DNA from: Candidatus Omnitrophota bacterium
Lineage (GTDB): Bacteria; Omnitrophota; Gorgyraeia; Duberdicusellales; 4484-171
Length of the DNA: 64,000 bases
Assembly (NCBI GenBank): GCA_041652815.1
Contig: JBAZGN010000004.1
Coordinates: forward strand, 15,890-79,889
Direction: 5' to 3'
Positions 58,848-64,000 of this stretch are shown in pieces (within the stretch, counting starts at the first letter, position 1; each line of letters begins with the position of its first letter). Under the pieces are notes generated by a model that worked only from the letters and a program-made list of their open reading frames with translations, did not search any database and was not told the DNA's origin. A program made the translations under genes and the position numbers.

Positions 58848-58934
58848 ATTCTCCCGACGTAACGTCGGGAGAAAAAGCGGAGCGGGACGTCGCCCCACAG
58901 ATACACGTGGGGCTCCGGAGTATAAAACATTAAA

Positions 58935-59855
58935 ATGGCAAGGCATTTTTTATCTTTAAGAGATTTTTCGAAAGGCGAGATTTATAAACTCATTGATTTG
59001 GCTTTGGATATTAAGGCGAATCCTTCAAAGTACGGCCAAGTTTTATCCGGAAAATGCGTAGGGCTTTTCTTTGAAAAGCCTTCTTTGCGGACAAAGGCAG
59101 CTTTTTATATCGGCGCACTGCAGCTTGGAGGCCAGGCGATTTATTATTCTCCGGATGAGGTTCAACTTGGGCTGCGGGAAAAAATAGCTGACGTAGCAAG
59201 GACGTCTTCCCATTTTATGGACGCGGCAGTCCTTAGAACTTTTTCGCACGAAAAAGTTCTAGAATTTGCAAAATTTTCTACAGTGCCGGTTATAAATGCG
59301 CTGAGCGACCTTCTGCATCCTTCGCAGACCCTTGGCGATTTAATTACCATGAAGGAATTGAAGGGGAGTATTGAAAAGCTTAAAGTAGCTTACATCGGCG
59401 ATGCCAATAATGTTTGTAATTCTTTGATGGATGCTTTTTCTATTTTGGGCGGTATTTTGTATATTGCAGCCCCTAAAGGATACCAGCCGGAGAAGAAAAT
59501 GCTGGATAAAACAAAAAGTTATTGCGCAGCAAGCGGAGCACAAATTATTATAACGGCATCAATTGCGGCGGCAGCTAAGATGAGTGATGTTTTATATACT
59601 GATGTCTGGGTTTCTATGGGCCAGGAAAAAGAAAAAGCAAAGAAGAAAAAGATTTTTAAAAATTTCCAGATAAATGATAAACTTTTAAAATTAGCAAAGA
59701 AAGATTGCCTTATTATGCATTGTCTTCCGGCGCATAGAGGTGAAGAAATAACCGATAGCGCTATGGAAAGTAAGAATTCGGTAGTTTTTTTACAAGCAGA
59801 GAACCGGCTGCATGCGGCCAAGGCGATTTTAGCTTACGTTTTTGGAAAGTGCTGA
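58935..59855 (+). CDS. argF: Ornithine carbamoyltransferase
   Basis: 'KPSLRTK' carbamoyl-P site, 'DVWVSMGQE' and 'HCLPAHRGEE'. Confidence 0.85.
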   Translation: MARHFLSLRDFSKGEIYKLIDLALDIKANPSKYGQVLSGKCVGLFFEKPSLRTKAAFYIGALQLGGQAIYYSPDEVQLGLREKIADVARTSSHFMDAAVLRTFSHEKVLEFAKFSTVPVINALSDLLHPSQTLGDLITMKELKGSIEKLKVAYIGDANNVCNSLMDAFSILGGILYIAAPKGYQPEKKMLDKTKSYCAASGAQIIITASIAAAAKMSDVLYTDVWVSMGQEKEKAKKKKIFKNFQINDKLLKLAKKDCLIMHCLPAHRGEEITDSAMESKNSVVFLQAENRLHAAKAILAYVFGKC

Positions 59856-59898
59856 TAAGTGTAGAAAATAAAAACGGATTCCGGTAAAAGAGGTAAAT

Positions 59899-61068
59899 AT
59901 GAAAAAAATAGTTTTAGCATATTCAGGTGGGCTTGATACGTCTTGCTGTATTCAATGGTTAAAAGACAAAGGCTTTGATGTAGTATGCTTTTCCGCCAAT
60001 TTAGGTAGCGAATTTTCCCCGGACGATTTAAAAAAACGGGCGATAAAAAGCGGCGCTTCCAAAATCTATATAAAAGATTTAAGAGAAGAATTTGCGAAAG
60101 ATTATATATTAAAATGGCTTAAGGCAGGCGCCTTGTATGAGAGTAAATATGTTTTAAGTACAAGTTTGGGCAGGCCGTTGATTGCGAAATATCTTGTAGA
60201 TGTTGCGAAAAAAGAAAAAGCCCAGTTTGTAGCCCATGGTTGTACCGGTAAAGGCAATGACCAGGTAAGGTTTGAGGCAACCTGTGCGATACTTGCGCCA
60301 CAGATTAAGACAATTGCACCCTTAAGGGAATGGGAGCTTTCTTCGCGGGAAGAAGAAATAGAGTATGCAAAAGAACATAATATCCCCATAAAAGCGACAA
60401 AAGAAAAAGTTTACAGTATAGATAAAAACATCTGGGGAGTAAGTGTCGAAGGCGGCGTATTAGAGAACTTAGAAAATGAGCCGCCGCAAAATTCATATTA
60501 TTTTGTTAAGCCACTCAATAAAACTCCGGATAAGGAAGTTTATGTTGAGCTTGAATTTGTAAAAGGCGAACCGGTTAAATTAAACGGCAAAGCGCTTAGC
60601 TTGGTAAGTTTAATTGAAAAATTAAATAAAATTGGTGCCAGTTGCGGTATCGGCAGGACAGATTGCCTGGAAGACAGGGTGGTAGGTATAAAATCAAGAG
60701 AAATCTACGAAGCCCCTGCAGCGTGGATTTTATACACCGCGCATAAAGAGTTGGAAGCTCTGACTTTAGACAGGGAGATTTTATTTTTCAAAGATATGAT
60801 TGCGCAAAAGTATTCGCAGCTTGTATACCAGGGGCTCTGGTTTACTGCGCTAAGAGAATCCTTTGATGCGTTTGTAAATGAAACGCAAAGATGCGTTACC
60901 GGTAAAATTGTGCTTAAGCTATACAAAGGTAATATTGTTATAGCAAAAAGAGCTTCTAAAAATAGTTTATACAAAAAAGCGTTTGCTACATATGGCGAAG
61001 GCGATAAATTCGATAAGACTATGGCGGAAGGGTTTATAAAGATACTGGCAATGCCGTATCAGAGGTAG
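59899..61068 (+). CDS. argG: Argininosuccinate synthase
   Basis: 'AYSGGLDTS' PP-loop. Confidence 0.9.
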   Translation: MKKIVLAYSGGLDTSCCIQWLKDKGFDVVCFSANLGSEFSPDDLKKRAIKSGASKIYIKDLREEFAKDYILKWLKAGALYESKYVLSTSLGRPLIAKYLVDVAKKEKAQFVAHGCTGKGNDQVRFEATCAILAPQIKTIAPLREWELSSREEEIEYAKEHNIPIKATKEKVYSIDKNIWGVSVEGGVLENLENEPPQNSYYFVKPLNKTPDKEVYVELEFVKGEPVKLNGKALSLVSLIEKLNKIGASCGIGRTDCLEDRVVGIKSREIYEAPAAWILYTAHKELEALTLDREILFFKDMIAQKYSQLVYQGLWFTALRESFDAFVNETQRCVTGKIVLKLYKGNIVIAKRASKNSLYKKAFATYGEGDKFDKTMAEGFIKILAMPYQR

Positions 61069-61117
61069 TTGTTAGGTTATTAAGTTGATAAGTTTGTAAG
61101 TTTAAAAGGAGAGAGAA

Positions 61118-62506
61118 ATGGCGAAGAAATTGTGGGGAACAAGATTTGCCAAAAAAACGAATTTGCTTACGTATACTTTTACTTCCAGCATCTCTTTTGA
61201 CAAGAAATTGGCAAAATATGATGTATTAGGCAGTATTGCCCATGCGAGAATGCTGGGAGTCAAGAAAATAATACCGGCCAATGATGCTGCGTTGATAGTA
61301 AAAGGGCTTTCTTCTATTTTACAGGATGTTAAGTCGGGAAAATTCAAATTCGATTTAAAAGCAGAAGACGTGCATTCGAATATTCAGGATGTGCTTTTTA
61401 AAAAAATTGGCCCGGCAGCTAACAAATTACACACGGCACGGTCAAGAAACGACCAGATTGCTTTGGATGTCAGGATGTATTTGAAAGAAGAAGTAAAAGA
61501 ACTGGAACACTTAATAAAATTTTTGCAGAAAGCTATATTAGGCTTTGCAAAGAATAATTCTAAAGTAATTATTCCGGGCTATACCCATCTTCAAACTGCC
61601 CAGTGTGTTTTGTTTGCGCATCATTTGCTTGCATATATCGAAGGGCTAGAGCGGGATAAAGCAAGGCTTCTTGATGCTTACAAAAGAATAGATGAAATGC
61701 CTCTTGGCAGTTGCGCTCTTTCAGGAACCGGGCTTCCTATAGAAAGGAAATATGTCGCAAGAGAGTTGGAATTTAAGGATGTTACTCAAAACAGTATAGA
61801 TAGCGTAAGTGACAGGGATTTTATAATTGAGGTGCTTGCTGATTTATCTATCTTAGCCGTGCATCTTTCGCGCATTTCGGAAGATTTGATTCTCTGGTCG
61901 ACAAGAGAATTTAATTTTATTGACATTGATTTTTCTTTCTGTACCGGTTCAAGTATTATGCCGCACAAGAAAAATCCCGACGTGCTTGAGCTTGTAAGGG
62001 GGTTTGTCGGAAAAATCCACGGAGATTTTTCAAGTGTTTTAATACTTATGAAAGGGCTGCCGTTTTCTTACAATAGAGATTTACAGCTTGATAAGCCGCC
62101 GCTTTTTAATTCCGTAGATACTATAAAAAATATTTTAACAATATTAGCTGAACTTTTTAAAAATATAAATGTTAAGGAAGATGTCATCGCGCAAAGGGTA
62201 ATGGATGAATCGTTATTTTCCGTCGATATCGTAGAATATCTTATCAAAAAAGGATTATCGTACAGAGAAGCGCATGATATTGTGGGAAGATTAGTACGGG
62301 ATTCGCTTGATAAAGGCATAAACATTTCAAGTCTTGAGCCGTCGGAATTAAAAAAATACAGCAATAAATTGGATTCCGGAATAAAAAATATACTTAATGC
62401 ATGGGCTTCCGTCAATTTGAAAACTTCCCATGGAAGCACTAACCCTCGCCTTGTGGCAAAGCAGTTAGCTCTTTGGTCTAAAAGGTTAATTTCTCGTAAG
62501 CAATAA
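61118..62506 (+). CDS. argH: Argininosuccinate lyase
   Basis: Fumarate-lyase signature 'GSSIMPHKKNPD'. Confidence 0.9.
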   Translation: MAKKLWGTRFAKKTNLLTYTFTSSISFDKKLAKYDVLGSIAHARMLGVKKIIPANDAALIVKGLSSILQDVKSGKFKFDLKAEDVHSNIQDVLFKKIGPAANKLHTARSRNDQIALDVRMYLKEEVKELEHLIKFLQKAILGFAKNNSKVIIPGYTHLQTAQCVLFAHHLLAYIEGLERDKARLLDAYKRIDEMPLGSCALSGTGLPIERKYVARELEFKDVTQNSIDSVSDRDFIIEVLADLSILAVHLSRISEDLILWSTREFNFIDIDFSFCTGSSIMPHKKNPDVLELVRGFVGKIHGDFSSVLILMKGLPFSYNRDLQLDKPPLFNSVDTIKNILTILAELFKNINVKEDVIAQRVMDESLFSVDIVEYLIKKGLSYREAHDIVGRLVRDSLDKGINISSLEPSELKKYSNKLDSGIKNILNAWASVNLKTSHGSTNPRLVAKQLALWSKRLISRKQ

Positions 62507-62524
62507 TTTAGAAAGAGTTTAGTC

Positions 62525-63778
62525 ATGCACGAATTTAAATACAAAAATAACCGGCTTTATTGTGAAGGTGTTTCTGTTGAGAAGCTTGCCAGAAAATTTG
62601 GCACGCCTCTTTATGTTTATAGCTATGCTACTTTAATTGACCATTATTCAAAATTGAAATCAGCTTTTAGGCAAATAAATCCCCTTATTTGTTATTCGGT
62701 AAAAGCGAACTCTAATTTATCTATTTTAAAAGCTTTAGTCAGCAAAGGCGCAGGGCTTGATATCGTTTCGGGAGGGGAGCTTTTCCGCGCAATAAAAGCA
62801 GGATGCCCGGCGGAAAGAATCGTTTATGCATCAGTCGGAAAAACTGACGGAGAAATCAGAGTTTCCATAAAAAGAGGCATTTTGTCTTTTAATGTTGAAT
62901 CAATTGCCGAGTTAGAAAATATAAATAGAATTGCTAAGATATTCAATAAAGTAGCAAACATAGCAATAAGAATAAATCCTGACGTTGAACCAAAAACCCA
63001 TAAGTTTATTACTACCGGTAAGCTTACAAATAAATTCGGAATAGATTTTAATAGTGCTTATGAGATTATTATTCAACGCTATAAATTCACAAACCTAAAT
63101 ATCTGTGGGCTTCATATGCACATAGGTTCACAGATAACCGAGGCTGATCCTTATGTTGCCGCAATACTTAAATTAGCTTCTTTTATAGAAAAGTTAAAAG
63201 GGCAGGGTATTAATCTAAAATATCTTAATATCGGAGGCGGCCTGGGTATTGTTTATGATAAAGAAAATCCGCAGACCGCAGAGAAATTTGCACAAAGAAT
63301 TTTGCCTTTGCTCAAAAAGACAGGGCTTAAAATTATAATGGAGCCTGGCAGGTTTATCGTTGGAAATGCAGGAATTTTACTTACAAAAGTATTGTACATA
63401 AAGTCGACACCAGTAAAGAAGTTTGTTGTTGTGGATGCGGGTATGAATGATTTGGTGCGCCCTGCTTTATATGACGCTTACCACCAAGTTCTTCCTACGT
63501 CTTATGTCCCATGCCCTTCGTCTTATGAAAAAGTGGATGTAGTCGGCCCTATCTGTGAAAGCGCTGATTATTTTGCAAAGGAAAGGAAGCTTCCGTATGT
63601 CCTCGCCGGAGATTATCTTGCTGTAATGAGCGCAGGCGCTTATGGCTTTAGTATGGCTTCTAACTATAATTCCCGCAGGCGCGCCGCTGAGGTGCTTGTA
63701 CGTGGGAATAAAGCATTTCTTATCCGTAGACGCGAGACTTTTACGGATTTAATCCGAGATGAAATAATTGAACCTTAA
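62525..63778 (+). CDS. lysA: Diaminopimelate decarboxylase
   Basis: PLP-binding 'YSVKAN' region and 'GGGLG' motif; fold-III decarboxylase. Confidence 0.9.
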   Translation: MHEFKYKNNRLYCEGVSVEKLARKFGTPLYVYSYATLIDHYSKLKSAFRQINPLICYSVKANSNLSILKALVSKGAGLDIVSGGELFRAIKAGCPAERIVYASVGKTDGEIRVSIKRGILSFNVESIAELENINRIAKIFNKVANIAIRINPDVEPKTHKFITTGKLTNKFGIDFNSAYEIIIQRYKFTNLNICGLHMHIGSQITEADPYVAAILKLASFIEKLKGQGINLKYLNIGGGLGIVYDKENPQTAEKFAQRILPLLKKTGLKIIMEPGRFIVGNAGILLTKVLYIKSTPVKKFVVVDAGMNDLVRPALYDAYHQVLPTSYVPCPSSYEKVDVVGPICESADYFAKERKLPYVLAGDYLAVMSAGAYGFSMASNYNSRRRAAEVLVRGNKAFLIRRRETFTDLIRDEIIEP

Positions 63779-63847
63779 GGATATTTTTATTGTCGAATGG
63801 TTTATCCTGAGGCCGTAAGGCCGAGGCAGCTAGAGGATCTAAATAAA

Positions 63848-64000
63848 ATGAAGAAGACAATTAATTTTTGCAAAATGGTTGCAGCGGGGAATGATTTTGT
63901 GGTTATCGCAGAGCAGCTGCAAGCTAAAAACCCTGAATTAGCAAGAAAGATGTGCGATAGAAAATATGGCGTTGGTGCGGATGGTATGCTTTTGGTTGAA
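63848..64000 (+). CDS. dapF: Diaminopimelate epimerase (5' fragment, runs off window)
   Basis: 'FCKMVAAGNDFVVI' N-terminal DapF signature. Confidence 0.8.
   Translation, partial: MKKTINFCKMVAAGNDFVVIAEQLQAKNPELARKMCDRKYGVGADGMLLVE

Overview
The window is AT-rich bacterial chromosome with almost all genes on the + strand. The gene content (V/A-type ATPase, Pta-AckA, glycogen metabolism, TIGR04073 exosortase-associated protein) suggests an uncultivated anaerobic fermenter.

The backbone, in order: an ECF sigma/anti-sigma pair, an NSS sodium symporter, a class-A β-lactamase-like gene, yggT, a complete 9-gene V/A-type ATP synthase operon (H/G-C-I-K-F-E-A-B-D), usp, ptsN, glgC, a nitroreductase, pta-ackA, panD, def, trxB, corA, tRNA-Glu(CTC), a TPR lipoprotein, glgP, a hydrolase/protease/LOG block, hisF-hisI, a trpE/pabB-family gene, rpsP, yajC, secDF, a truncated mfd, surA-pdxA-rsmA, argCJBDFGH, lysA and the start of dapF. 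No CRISPR array, integrase or transposase was seen.

The most unusual region is a tightly packed, lower-GC accessory island at about 30.2-35.3 kb between glgP and a chagasin(I42)/β-lactamase-fold fusion gene. It holds a MazG-like NTP pyrophosphohydrolase, then an 814-aa protein fusing a PD-(D/E)xK-like region and a DUF2075-type P-loop/DEAH helicase to a canonical LexA/CI-type S24 autopeptidase domain. That domain has a 'VAAG' cleavage site exactly 35 residues before the 'GHSM' serine and a 'TVKK' lysine. Next come an HNH nuclease with a possible modified-base-reader N-domain, a DUF4186 protein, and a two-gene small-protein/AbiEii-like nucleotidyltransferase cassette bracketed by two copies of a 12-bp-armed palindrome. 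I interpret this as a candidate undescribed, SOS-gated (RecA*-activated self-cleaving) nuclease-helicase defence system, layered with a modification-dependent HNH restriction enzyme and a type IV TA-like Abi module.

The window is also littered with at least four families of short interspersed intergenic repeats:
- A: AACCAA/TTGGTT hairpin elements, 3 copies.
- B: CGGTTGCG/ACGTAA elements with a GCCCGCC-GAAG-GGCGGGC hairpin, 5 copies.
- C: ATTCGCG direct-repeat arrays phased at 10-11 bp, 4 copies, two inside the ATPase operon.
- D: a 16-bp-armed palindrome plus 'AATTCGTGGATATTNGTGT', 2 copies.

Other notable points: an in-frame repeat-like insertion in hisF, an Mfd lacking the D1-D2 and D7 modules next to a B repeat, and a tRNA-Glu 3'-end duplication.
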